Positions 39,207-52,511 of a stretch of DNA of 64,000 nucleotides are shown piece after piece (position 1 is the stretch's first letter; each line of letters opens with the position of its first letter). Both the position numbers and the translations under genes were made by a program. The DNA is from Balanoglossus misakiensis. Taxonomy: Eukaryota; Animalia; Hemichordata. The notes beneath the pieces are model-generated. The model saw only the letters and a program-made list of their open reading frames with translations, ran no database searches and was not told the DNA's origin. The stretch lies in the NCBI GenBank assembly GCA_040954595.2, contig CM082582.2, positions 10,717,483 to 10,781,482 on the forward strand, given 5' to 3'.

Positions 39207-42200
39207 TCACAACTTAGATGACTGAAATCTGGCATCCTTCTTCAAATGGAAATCTGGTTTGTAGCTGGGATCGGTGAGCGCTCGTCGTTCCATGTGAAAC
39301 GGACCGATGGGATACTGCGTCTTTCCGTCGATGGCCATCTCGCTCAGGATCTTGCCCAGTAAACTTGCAAACCTGAAACGGAGGAGAATTAATGCATATC
39401 TGTCAATAAGCATTATGCGTCGCTGTGTTCGATCTGTAGCGCCATTCCAAAGGAAGCAGCAGACAGAAATGGCAATGTACTGAGCGAGGCGAGAACCGTT
39501 CGATTTCTGGGAGGGACGGAGGATCTTTGGAGGAAAAAAAAGTGCTGGCAGATGGTGCGGAGGAAACCAATTTGCTTCCGCAATGCCTTGAAAAAAAGTG
39601 CGACTGGGAGTAGAAAATGCTGTAAAAGTGGCTGAAGCGTTTTGCTGAAATACCACAATCCCCCACACCGCAGAAATCAAATGCTTCCCCCTGTCGAGCA
39701 CCCACTTGTATGCGTGTCCCGCGCCGATGCAGGCCACGACTTGCGGGAATCCTTTCTTTGCCAGCGTGTCGACGATGAAATTTCGATCCGGTGGCATTGC
39801 GTAGAGACACGTCTTGGTGTAGAGTAGCGGTCCCACGGCCTGCAAGGGTGTACAAAAAGGGCAGAAGGAATACCATCTCAGACAATCTGTCAACGTATAA
39901 TCATTTGGTTTGATGCATTGACAGTTTTTGCTGTTGCCGATACAAGCGGAGAACACACAAGACCAAGTAGCTAATGTGAACATGGAGCCTTCATCCCGAC
40001 AGCTGATTATAAATAGATTGGTGCATAGATTTTTACCTTGGGTAGATATTTCTCGAAAAACTCGAGACATATTTTTTCTCTCACGGGATCGGGTTGGAAG
40101 TTTCGCGTCTCCGGCGTTACTGGCGGACCGCCAGCATCAATTCCTATTTTGCTTCCAGTGTTGCCATGGAGAGGCAGACCGTAGAAGTCGTACTTTGGAC
40201 CGTGGAAAATCCAAACTGGGAAGCTGGGAAATGATTTCAAAACGTGAATTATAGATTTTGTGCCAAAAATGAGAGTAACTGCCCTGGCACGATTCGACCA
40301 CAAGACTGGTAATGTTGGACATGTAAGCACTATACACAGTAGACCTTTAACCATAAAACTGTCTTATGCAAAGAGGAGACACGCCTCCTCCAACCATCGC
40401 TAACTTACTTCTCCTTCGTGAAGTCCTTCAGATTGGGCGTTGCCAGGTACGTGACCTGTTCCTGGGTCACCGTCAGGGGGAAGTGGACACCCACAGATCC
40501 CAGCACGTGGTTGGTCCAGGCGCCGGCAGTAACGATGACGCGACGGCAGCGGAACACGCCCTGGTTTGTGTACACCTGAAATAAGCATCCCAATAACGCA
40601 ATTGGTGTAAAGTTAGACTTCTGTTTTCCGAGTACGTGACAGAACATGGTAGCTAGTGCACGAGCCGTGAAAAAGTTTTAAAATTGCACATTACAGATTA
40701 TAGTCTGAAAAGAAAATTTACGAGGTAGGCCTACGTGTACATTGACAAATTTATAGGCCTATTTCATTTTATTTCAACCAGCGCATGTCGGGATCAGCTG
40801 GTATGAGTCTCTGTACTGAAATACATGTATATACAAGTACCACAACTAATCATTTCTATATTAAAATTAATAGCAAAACAGATATTTCTGCTAATGACTT
40901 AATTGGCACATAAATTGAAAACCCAAAAAACGAACAAGCAATTATACAAATTTGATAGACAACAAGTACATGTAATAACATGCGCCAATTTGAGCTACGT
41001 GTATTCACGAACATATACAGGTTTAGGCTACAAACCAATGCATGGACACCGTCCTTATCTTTGTCCAGTTTCAATACTTTGCAGTTGTCGACGATAGTGG
41101 CGCCGTGTTTTCTGGCCAACTGTATGTGAGTCGCGTTGGCCATGGCTGCGTCCACCAGACCAGAGTCTTTCTGGTAAAGACCCAAGATGTCCGGTCCTGT
41201 GTTGAACTGGGGAAATCGTTGCCTGATCTGATCTCCTGTGAGACGCTCGTATCTGTAAAACGCAAAATTAGAACGAAACTTTCGTTTTTTTATTGATAAA
41301 GATATAAGCAAATTATTAATTTTATTGATTGTCGACATGAAAGTATCTGTGTCCAAAATTAATGTACACGGGCACTCACGGAATGTTTTCTTTATCCATG
41401 GCGTCGGCATAGTTTTGGATGATAGATCGAACTTGAGGGTGGGACGCCGGGCCCAGGTCGATACCACCACATCTCCAAACTAGTTGCACGCCAGACTCCC
41501 TTTCGACTTCTTCGAAAGCCGTGAAGGTTTCCCTGACGAGCTTGGTGTAGGATTCGTCGTGGTAGAGCAAACGTCTGCAGGTGAAAATACGTGGGTGAGG
41601 GCGCACATATACTGGTTGCAAGGCGGAAAGCTTTCGGTGAACGCCCAATCTCAACTCAGGAAATCAAGTTATTGGATATTTATTTGAACTGCATATAGTA
41701 AAATTGAATATGCCAATTTACAAGACACTGAATGCATGATGATACAGCAACTACACTTACATGATTCGGGAGTGATCCTGCGACCCGCCATTGTCGTGTC
41801 CCAGTTGAAATTGCTCCAAACCAAGAACGTCTAGAAACACACATATACATATATATTTACAGGTGCGTGCAGTCGAATGTCAACATTTGCCAACACCGAT
41901 CCCTATCACTCTACTATGAAGTATATGGCGAAGGTTACGCAAGTCTCGACAAAAGGTTGACAAGGGGCGAGCCATTTGACAATGCGGAGGATCGCATCAT
42001 TGATCCTGCAGACCATTTTTCTGTCAGGGAGCTAGGAAGTGGACTTGTAGAATTTCAGTGCAAGTTCATCTCTTGCACTTCTTCTACCATACCTGTCAGT
42101 ATTGTCAAATGGCCCGTCCCTAAAACGACTTGTTTATCAGTCATTTGTGACCGTGGTACCCTCCTTGTCATACGCCTGACGCGTCCCCTCCGCTAATCAC

Positions 42201-42835
42201 ACGACGGGGGTCAAAAGGGTGAGCTTACAAGCTGCAGCTGTAATTGTAGCCCAGGTAGAGTATTTTCTTTCGGAAAAAAACTCTACCGAAGTGCCGGGGC
42301 TACAATATTAATTATTGCAACTACACAGACCAACTGCTGTTCACATGTAGAAAGTTGTGGGAGTTTCATATTGTCTATTTTTGTGGCAAATTGCTTATTT
42401 TGGGTAGGGGTGTGTGTCCTTCATTGGAAAAGATTATTTCATTTTTCCTTCCGGGGCTTCATCGCATTTTACCACGGAGTAAAAACTGTAATTAACTTAT
42501 AATCAAATTCGACAAATTTAAGGTAAAACGAAAACATGCAGAAGAATACGGCATTTCATATACAGCCTATATATCGAATCGCTTCAGGGTCAATGTATCA
42601 TACTGGATACTGGCTAGGCATTTCAATCATCACCACGATAGTGGCAGTACAGCTGATCCCTGAAACACCGTGACAAGAAAAGTGGGTTTACACTTCACGC
42701 ATCGGCGAAAAGAATTCAATGCTCTCTCTTACTTTTACCGGCTCGCTTCGAAAGCCAATACACGGTACCGCTGCCGACGCCGCCGCACCCAACTACGATG
42801 TATTCGAAGTACCGAGGTTCGCCTCCGGTAGCCAT
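39207..42835 (-). CDS. Monomeric sarcosine oxidase / pipecolate oxidase-family flavoenzyme with PTS1 (isoform using proximal first exon)
   Basis: Exon 1 (42835-42733) encodes IVVGCGGVGSG (FAD-binding GxGxxG). Later exons give LEQFQLGHDNGGSQDHSRIIR, VTAGAW, KTCLY (candidate covalent-FAD Cys) and GAGHAYKFASLLG. C-terminus is -SKL*. Confidence 0.9.
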
Positions 42836-43386
42836 GATCACGATCGCGTCTCGCCTCGTACAGTGTGTGTGTCCCCGAGACGGGGTTGTCTATATGTAAA
42901 GCACTTTGTCAAGCTAAAACGGGTCATGTCATTTCTATCGCTGTGACGTCCCAAGGCCAATCAGAATGGTAATATGAAAAGCAGCTTTGCGTTACACTGC
43001 CTCCACTGGCGAACCTAGAGACACTGGCGTCATTGCATTTTCCTGTCGTGGTCTCTATATCCGATAATCAAAGATCACAGCACATCGCAGAACAGAACAG
43101 TAGAGTGCAATGTAGCACAGTACAGGCAATAAAGCACAATGAAAAAGGCACAATATGAAAAAAGGCACCGTTATTGGCACCATCCCTTCGGTTATATATC
43201 TATAAATCAACTCCGCACAGCGGCCAAAACGGCACAAGCAGCTGCCGACATTAGGGGATACCGTCAGATATCGTCAGTGCATTTATCATATTGAACTTTT
43301 GGTGTTGTCCATCAGGAAGTCATGCAAGACCAAATGAGCTTCTCTGTTACGCAGAGGGGAGGGGGACAATTAATACATGTACGTAC

Positions 43387-43489
43387 TTTTACCGACTCGT
43401 TTTGAAAGCCAATACACGGCGCCACTGCCGATCCCGCCGCAGCCCACAACGATGTATTCGAAGTAACGAGGTTCGCCACTGGTAGCCAT
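43387..43489 (-). CDS. Alternative (distal) first coding exon of the sarcosine-oxidase-like gene
   Basis: 103-nt paralogous copy of 42733-42835 with its own ATG and a GT donor in the same phase; encodes MATSGEPRYFEYIVVGCGGIGSGAVYWLSKRVGK. Confidence 0.8.
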
Positions 43490-44325
43490 TGGCCCGTGTT
43501 ACCTCCAGTGCCTGGTCAGTTATTTGTTTCGTCTGTAGCACACCCAGAGAGGCACGTCACAGGGTCGTGACACGCACTTTGTCGAGTTTTACAGGTCACG
43601 CCTTGTTTCCTAATTTTAAAGGAACACACCACATTTCTAGGTCTCGCTGAAGTAAAGTGGCTAGGTTCAGAATCTTTTCATTATTTTACAGCACCACAAT
43701 GCTTACACACGGTAGACGCGATAGTATTGTAAATTTTGTTTGGCAAAGTCAAAACACATACATGTAGTTTATTCCTACTAAGAACAGAAAATACGAGCGT
43801 TCGAAACTGAACACCAGGTTATCAAGAGATTTTTGGATCCATCTTCCCTTGTTCGGATGCAGGTGTTACAAGGCCTACCTATCGCACTTGTATGACTTCG
43901 CCGCCTGTGTGTAGATCACATCGGTCACCGTGACAGTTCAAAGTATGCGGGTGCGGGGTGCAGTAAGATGCAGGATTAGACCTAATGATAATAATTTGAG
44001 TCTACTTCCGAGCTTAAATTATAGACTTTAAATTGAATACTTGCCGGCCGAACGAATCAAAATGCAATATCTGACAGATGGACATCTGGCAGTTTCAAGT
44101 TTTACAAAGCTTGTTGACACTTTTTGGCCATTTCTGTTTTGAAAATCTACACAGAACCTGTTTTATAACATGAGACTTGATTTTTGACACCCATTTGTAC
44201 AGTTTAACTATCTGACTGTAATACAATGCAAGAAAACGCATTTCTGAAGCCCGGAGACATGCGAGCGAAGTTTGAGTGAATTCAAAAACGAATCCGAATC
44301 CACTTGTAGTTAAAATTGTAGAAAT

Positions 44326-47276
44326 ATGGCGGCGCCCGTGCTTGTCATCGGGTTACTAGGCATTGCGGTGCGTTTTCTGCTTTTCAAGTCATCTCTTGCC
44401 GACTGGTTATCCAACAGAGTGGAGATAGTAACGCCCATAACTAGCTGGGATGGAGGTGATTTTTTCTCTCTTATCTTGACTCATTAGTAACTTCGGTTAG
44501 CATTCCGAGTCCGGGACCACCTGGCCGGATCGGTCTTGCTTGACTGATGCTCGCTGGATGCTTCTCTCGCGATCTTTCGGCTTTGCTACGGTCACAGTGA
44601 TTACTAATGATTTTTCAGTCTCCATCTATATACTTGTTAAGTTTTGAATGAATCACCACGGTCATGAAGTAGTGAGCACCAGGGTATATATTGTATGTGA
44701 GGTGATGCGTGCACTTGACATCGGTCTGTTATGAAATGGCGCCCCTAACGACAGGCCAGTTGTTATGTATCTGCACTTATCATCATACATATTTCAGGAA
44801 CCTTATGTGACTAATTATTTCTTTATCATCATTATTATTCATGTACAGTTGTTGAAGGCCTAGCGCTGTATGAAAATGGTATTTCACCATACTCAGGAGA
44901 TGTGTTTCATGAGGTGAGTGAGAAGTGATTACACACACCAAGATACCTGGCTGCAGCACCACAACTAGATTGCAAAAGAGATGTAAAAGATGTAGCTATA
45001 TAATGGCATGATCTCTGTGGTACAAAAGTTATTTTCACTTGTGATGCAGAGCGTGTTGCTGTACTTTCCCTTGCATTACAGAAAGCACTGCCGCGGATTA
45101 CAAAATATGTGAAAGCTTACATGTCATATATTTTGTGTGTATTCCTACAGACTCCCCTGACGTTGTTAATGTTTCATTATATGAAGAGTATATCAGAGAA
45201 TTTGGTACCGGTAGCTTTTATTCTGACTGATCTCTACATTGCTTGGCTGCTGAGAAGCATCACTGTGCTGTCATCAAGACAATTGGTAGGTCACCATCAC
45301 AAATCTTTCATGATCTCAGTCTGCTTATCTCCCTCCTGTTCCCACCTCAATCCGAATCCCAAACTAACAGTGCCACATTCCCATTAAACAGCTTGACAGA
45401 CAAGTTCAGATGAGGAAGAGATTCGCAAAAGACGTCGACAGCATTCTCATCAAGTTGGCAAATGTCAGGGAACTGCCAGATCAAGTGTCTGCTCTGTAAG
45501 TACTGGTACACCACGAAGAAAGTTGCTAAAGCAGTGAAATTGAGATGAATGTGCAAGATGGTCATATATTTGTGAATGAGTGAGTGTAATTGTCATACCA
45601 TATCTTGGGCACAGTCAAAAACAATTCTGCCTGGTCTGATTTATCCTGTCATTATGTTTTATTTTGACCACAGATATTTATTGAACCCGTATACCATAGC
45701 AACATGTGTTGGAAAGTCTACAATATTACTGAACAACTTGGCAATCGCCATTGCAGTACTGTACACCATGAAAGGTGAGTGCAGGGTTTCATCCATCATA
45801 CTGCATTGTGTGACATTTGTGAGGCCAGTATTGATATTTGCTCCTATGTAAATGGAATTTGTATTTTTTTTTAATTTGCAGGTCACAGAGGAATTTCAAC
45901 CCTGGCCATCGCCATTGCAACATATCAATCATTTTATCCAGCCATGTTGATAGCTCCATGTGCAATGTTCCTAGCTCAGGTCAGTTTCTCCAAAGAGATA
46001 CATTTCTGTGATGCTTTCCCTGGAAATGTGCGGGAGTTATGCAAAATCTAGAAAATCTGTCTATAATAACCTATCATCTATGCTTCTAATAAACTTTCAG
46101 AAAAACAAACTGGATTTTGACTACACCAGTAGAAGCGCAGTGATCTCCATCGTCAAAACCATCACCGTTTACGCTGTGTGGATGCTGTGTTTACTGTCCC
46201 TATCCTACCTGATGTTTTCGTCCTGGGATTTCCTGCATTCAACTTATGGATTCACGTAAGTAGATGGGAAGAGGCACTCACGACAGTCTGAGTTTTGCAA
46301 TAAGGACATTGTACACTCTTGAGCTTTCCCAAGTCATCTCAGATGCCAACTAAAAGTTGTCTTCTTGATTCCTTGCAGACTGTTGGTACCCAATCTCAGA
46401 CCAAACATGGGCGTTTTCTGGTATTTTTTCACCGAGATGTTCGAACATTTCAGGATATTTTTCCTCCTCGTGTTTCAAATCAATGCATTCGTCTACACGT
46501 TACCACTTGTCATTAAACTCCGGTAAGTCACAGCTTTGAATTTTCTTCTCTTGCTGTCTTGGCTTGTCTTCTTGTAATTTGTCCTGTGTGAAATGCGATG
46601 CAATGCAATGATATTGTGTTTGTTGCTTTACTTTCCTACAGAGAACATCCACTGATGGTGATGTACACTCAGATAGCGCTCATAGCCATCTTCAAATCCT
46701 ATCCAGCATTTGGCGATAGCGTTATCTACTTGGCATTGCTACCAATCTGGTCACATACCTACTCATGTAAGTTATCGTCTGCATGGATCCCCTAAAGAGA
46801 CAAAATCTCTCACTTTTGACATTATTTTGGTAATTTTAGTCTCTTTCAGTGCAGTAGCTCACGTTTTACGAAATTCTCATTGGTGTGTATCTGATTATCT
46901 GCCAGATCTCAAAAACAGTTTGGTGGTTGGAGTGATGTACACCGTGTCTTCGGTGCTGGCCTTCGTGGTGTGGCATCTGTGGATCTACGCGGGGAGCGCC
47001 AACGCCAATTTCTTCTTTGCTATGACGCTAGTCTACACTACAGCACAGGTGAGCCCAAGTTGTCCATATATGTTGTTTCTGAAGAGAAAAACTTGTGCAT
47101 TTGTAGTTACATTCACAAATATGAATTTCACCCCGTTTTATGTTTTTTTTCTTTGTCTGCAGGTGTTTCTGGTGACGGATCTCTTGTTTGCATTTCTGCG
47201 GAGGGAGTACGAGTTGACCCACGGAAAACAGCAATTTGCACCCGATGGTCAGCATCTCCATGTTCTCTTGCAGTGA
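44326..47276 (+). CDS. PIGU: GPI transamidase subunit PIG-U
   Basis: About 11 exons giving [92 protein letters not shown] and [14 protein letters not shown]. Confidence 0.93.
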
Positions 47277-47986
47277 AATCATTCCCCGGTGATATCATCC
47301 GGAGATTCGCTGAAATAAGCTCTTAAGAAATGCCGCTATCTTTAGCTGTCCTTCCCAAGGATGGTCTGTGAAGGCCTTAATGTATGCCCAGTGTAGAGAC
47401 TGACAGTTTGATGCAGAAATATGGACGAAGTCTTTTGGATTTTCTTGTAGGCCTACTAGCCAGACTGAGAACATAGTTCTGTAGATGGAGCGTTCCATAC
47501 AAACTCGTAGATTGTTGTGATCTTAACTCCCAATAGTTTCAGCAGCAGAGAATGTGTGGATCACATTTTCATTTATTTGCTTATATTTGTTTGTATATTT
47601 TGTTCTATTTCAACCACTGAAATAAATTTTTGTTTTAAAAATGCGCACATGATTATAATCGGATTAATCAATGTCGAGTAAGGAAACAAATGATATGTCA
47701 AAAATGTGCACATGTAGGACTTGTACAATTTATACAGATGTCTTCTGACAGTTATAATGATAATTTTTGTTTTGTACTTCTCTCAGAGAAATAAAAACTT
47801 TGTTACAGTAAATATTCTATATCGTATTGGTTGTTTTTGAAAAAATGTCCCAAATGAATGCATAATACCCAAAATGTTAATCTATCAATTCCAACAGGAA
47901 ACGACCACTGCAGCTTCATTCCATAGTACTGTGGTTGGCCAATTATTTCATGCTTCACTGTCCATTAAAGTATAGTTAGGAAACAT

Positions 47987-50900
47987 TTACATTTTGCTTC
48001 TTGTCAACCATTGGAAATCCTGCAAGAAAGAAAATCAGAAACACATAGTTCTCAGTACAGTTGTCTTGGTCTCCAGGTGACGCTATATCAATATCAATGA
48101 TTGGCTTGCAAACACATACCTGTGATTTTCTGTCAGCTGACGGACTGATCATGACATTGATCAGCGATGGAGTGGCCGGGTCAACATTGAAGCAGGAATC
48201 CAAGGCTTTCTCCAGCTCTTCTGGTGTGTGAACGAAGTGTCCTTTGCCTCCGAAGGCTTCCATCATTTTGTCATATCGGGCGTTGGGTAGAAGAGCCATT
48301 GGGGGCAATCTGCATACAATGTTTACGTGTTAAAAGATATGTGATACATATAGTTATAGAGTATACTGAGTACTGTATATAACTATATAGTTACAGGATA
48401 TAATGTATTGTGGTATATGATAGCTACTGCTACAAGGATGTTTATTGTATGTTAAAGTAGAAAATTTCACTCACTGGTATTCCTCTTGTTTACTCTCCTT
48501 GACTGACTGGTAAAAATCGTCATCGATGCCAAATGTTATACCGTTGTTGTTGACAACGATGAAGAGTATGGGCAGGTTGTATCTGTAGAGAGATTTAGAT
48601 GAGTTTTATGGATTGCACTGAAATCAGCAAGACAGGGTGAATAAGAGATCAATATGAAGCAGTTTATGGGTGAAGTTGCAGACGACACTCTGATTTCATC
48701 ACTCGTTGATAAAAGATTTCCTGGTGTAATTTTTCAAAGGAGTATACCTGCGCACAGTCTCCAGTTCCATGCCAGAGAATCCAAAAGCACTGTCTCCTTC
48801 AACACACACAACTCTCTTGTTGGATCCGATGTGTTTCAGCCACATTGCCGCGGCGATGGCAAAGCCCACACCAACACCCATGGTACCAAATGTACCAGCA
48901 TCCAACCTGAAATTCAGTCAAATATTATAATCTTAATTATCTTTTCGTATCAAATGAATTTTTACACACTACCCAGGTCACATAAGGGAACATCTGAAAT
49001 GGTACATTCAAGTTTACAGTACGTAGTATAATGGTCATGCAGTGTCAATACGTACCGATGTCGTGGAAAATAGTTAGGCAACATGGTCCTTCCAATGTCC
49101 ATTGTGTTGGAACCTTCATTCACAATGATGGCGTCTTTTGGTAAATATTTTGTGATCTGTTGGTGGCATGCAACATAATATCATTGAGAAATGCTTTGCA
49201 TGTTTGTGAGTGATGGTACAGCTTACAAAACAAACATTTGAATAAATTAAAACTCATTTGAATAATACCAGTAATGTCATTATCCCACCATGTTAAAACA
49301 CTGAACTTTGACAAATGACCTGACCTTAGAAAACACTGCATAATAGTTCATTGGCACCGACATATCAGCTGACAACAGTTCACTGGCTTTGACATTGCTG
49401 GCAATTTTCTCTTTCAACTCGGTCCACCACGGAGTTGACGCTGGATATCGAAAGCTGTCTCGGTAAACTGAAGTCAATGTTGTTGTCATCTGAAACACAA
49501 TGAGAAAGAGTAAGACACGAGCACTGGAAATCTGAAAATTAGTGTACAAGCTTAGCAGTGTACGGTATATGGTATACTGTACGTACTGTAACATTTAGCA
49601 AAACATTATGTAAAATTTATACTGTACTGAACCACTCACCTGATCTGTCACTAGGCCTATGTCACCTGCTAAACCAACGGCCCTTCTGCTAACATTGTTT
49701 CCCAACTCTTCAGGGCAGATATCAACCTGAGAGGAGAAATGACAAAATGACAAAGTGCAAAACTGTAACAGCCACCAGTCGTTGCTCTACCATTAGGCCA
49801 ATACAACAAAACAGTGAAAATTCAAGTTGATATTCTGACAGACCAAACGGTACCTGTACGAACTTGGCATCAGGCTGAAATCTCGGAGGATGTCCGAAGT
49901 GAAGAATCCAGTTCAACCTGGCACCAAGTAAAATAATCACATCGGCCTTCAACAGAGCCCTGCAGCAGAAGAAGAAATAGTGTGACTCAGCTGAATTTAA
50001 CTCCTTGATGTACATTTGTGGAAATGTGAAATCTAACATTGATCTGACCTTGACCTGGCTGGTGCCACACACAGTGGATGATCATCTGGCAGTACACCTT
50101 TGCCCATGGGAGTTGGTAAGAATGGCAGCCGATGATTTTCAATGAATTTGCGGACACTGTGTTCTGCCTGAGCTATGGCCGCTCCTTGAGGAAAAGAGAA
50201 AGATAGGAATCATCAGTGAAAATCACAGTTTTTTTACATTTGTTGATCAGAAAATGACTGCTGGAGTCCTGACATTGCCATGGCTACTGGTCACATGACA
50301 GACAAGTCTTATATCCACCATATTTACCTTTCCCAACAATCACAAGAGGTCTTGAAGCCGATGCCAACAGAGAAACGGCTTCCTTCACTCTGGCTGGGTC
50401 GGCCATCATCTTCGGCGCTGGTTTGCATTTCTCGACAAACCTACGATAGATGAAATGATAAACTTAACTTGTTTTAAGACTGATTGGGAAAACATCGTCA
50501 CCACATTTTGGGAATAGTGTAAGAAACTATACCAACACACAGAACAAAAATACTCAAAATTATCAAAAGTTTATCTGTTTTTCTTACTGCACTTCAGAAG
50601 CTGGTGTCCTCTTGTTGACCATGTTACCAGCAATGTCGATGTAACATGCCCCAGGACGTCCATACATGCTGGTCCTTACTGCCTGCATAGAAACCAGGAA
50701 TAATTTCCAATGCATACAACAATGCCCTACCATCATCAAGAGTAGCTGAAATTATGAATTCATACTGTACAAAATGTTGCTGTTTGCCAGTAATTGACAG
50801 TCATCCTAAATGATAAAATAAGTTCCTAATGTTGAGGGCAAAAGAATTACCTTTTCCACAAATGCCGGAATCTTTTCAATGCTTGACGGTCTGGCTGTGT

Positions 50901-52178
50901 ATTTTGTGTACAAGCGGGCACTCTCCACCTGGGGGAATTCTTGGAATGCACCCATGCTTTCTTGGTCTTGGTCGCTGGAGCCTCCAATGACAATCAGCGG
51001 CCTGAGTGGAACAGACACCAAAGAAGGAGAGAGAGCCATCAAATGTCTTTGGTCCCATCAACAAAAGCACCATTACTTGGCAGTCAGACGTACATTTTAA
51101 CATAGGTTGTGATCAAATGCCAGGAAGTGCTTTGATGACAGTATACTCACCACCCATTGACTTGGGCATTGGCCATGCCCGCGATGGCATGGATCATACC
51201 TGGACCAGATACAACCAGACACACTGCAGGCCTGCACAGCAGAAAATAAAGACCAAAAAATCAGGTGTGGTCATTTCATTCACTTATACTTACTACTTAG
51301 TCAAAGTATCAATCTTTCTGGTTTGTGATTTTAGGAGAGATTTATTACCTGCCAGTCAAATATCCTATAGCTGATGCAGCATATGATGCCTGAAAATAAA
51401 GAGGAAAAAATACCATCACTGTCAACTGATAATCCATACTGACCTGAGCTGGTCTAGGAAGAGAGGATCTGAAACAACAGGCTCATTTCCACAAAATGTA
51501 GGACCGGTGTTTCAGGAATGAATACCTACACTCTGTTCGTTTCTCATTCCAATGTATCGCAGACCAGCTGCTTGTGCTGCCATGCCAACCTCTATGACCG
51601 GGAATCCAACGATGCCAAACATAAAATCAATACCCTGAGAAAAAATATATTAAAGGTTAATAGTATTAAAGACAAGTTAAGAAATGGGTCCCTCAACTGG
51701 TGAATCGTTATCAAATAAGTGGAGAATCTGGAACCACAGTGGAGGAGAATCTGGAGCCGAAGGGGGCGTGGCCCTCAACCGTGATTGTCTGGTACATGTA
51801 TGCCAGTGCAACCCTAACTTATTGTAAAGGCTATCCGATCCGCATCGGCTAAATGTAAAGATTCTCCCGGCCACACGCGCCTAAGATCTGTTTAATAGTA
51901 CAAATGTAGTTACACGTAATCCATTCCAAGTTTGTTGTCACAGTTGACAATGACATGGACATGGATCACTGCCCCCCCCCCCCCCCCCCCCAATCATGAA
52001 CCCAGTTCACCTAGTCGGTTCACCAGGTATATCATTGAATTTTCACACCTAAGCAATCGTTTCCCACAAATCTCCTCTTCCAAGCACACACCTGGGCCAC
52101 TATTTCGTATCATACCTGGTCTTTCAGTGCTTTGCACAAAATAGTGGCTCCATCCAACCTCTCCTGATTCACCGCCAT
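47987..52178 (-). CDS. HACL1: 2-hydroxyacyl-CoA lyase 1 (TPP-dependent, peroxisomal)
   Basis: Multi-exon. Motifs: [101 protein letters not shown]-terminus [10 protein letters not shown] (PTS1-like). Confidence 0.95.
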
Positions 52179-52511
52179 CGTGCTGTGGTCTTTGCGTTCT
52201 ACTCGGGCCGAAGTGTACCTTGTGAGTGGAAATAACCTTGGGAGCGCTCGACGGAAGCCGACAAGCATCCCTTACCATTAGGTCAGTGGGAGCCGGGCCC
52301 TAGATAGTGAGTAGTTCGTTTACAAAGTCCACGAAAAGTCCGATTACCATTACCACAGCTCAGTCGAAGTCCAGGATAACTTTTCTGACCTTTGACCTCT
52401 GGTGTGTTGAAGAAACAACGAAACTGTCACCCGCTTGATGGCGCTTTACATAAGATGTGCTAACCTGGAAGTCGCTTTTGGATGACAGAAAACAGACTGT
52501 TGGCTTGGGTT
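52179..52511. promoter_or_regulatory. Bidirectional promoter, HACL1 / XRCC2
   Basis: Divergent start codons ~330 bp apart; CpG-rich relative to the flanking gene bodies. Confidence 0.65.

Noticed and set aside
39207-40070. 287-aa ORF in the ORF track
   Set aside because: It is a chance read-through of introns joining real oxidase exons; GT-AG splicing gives the homologous protein.
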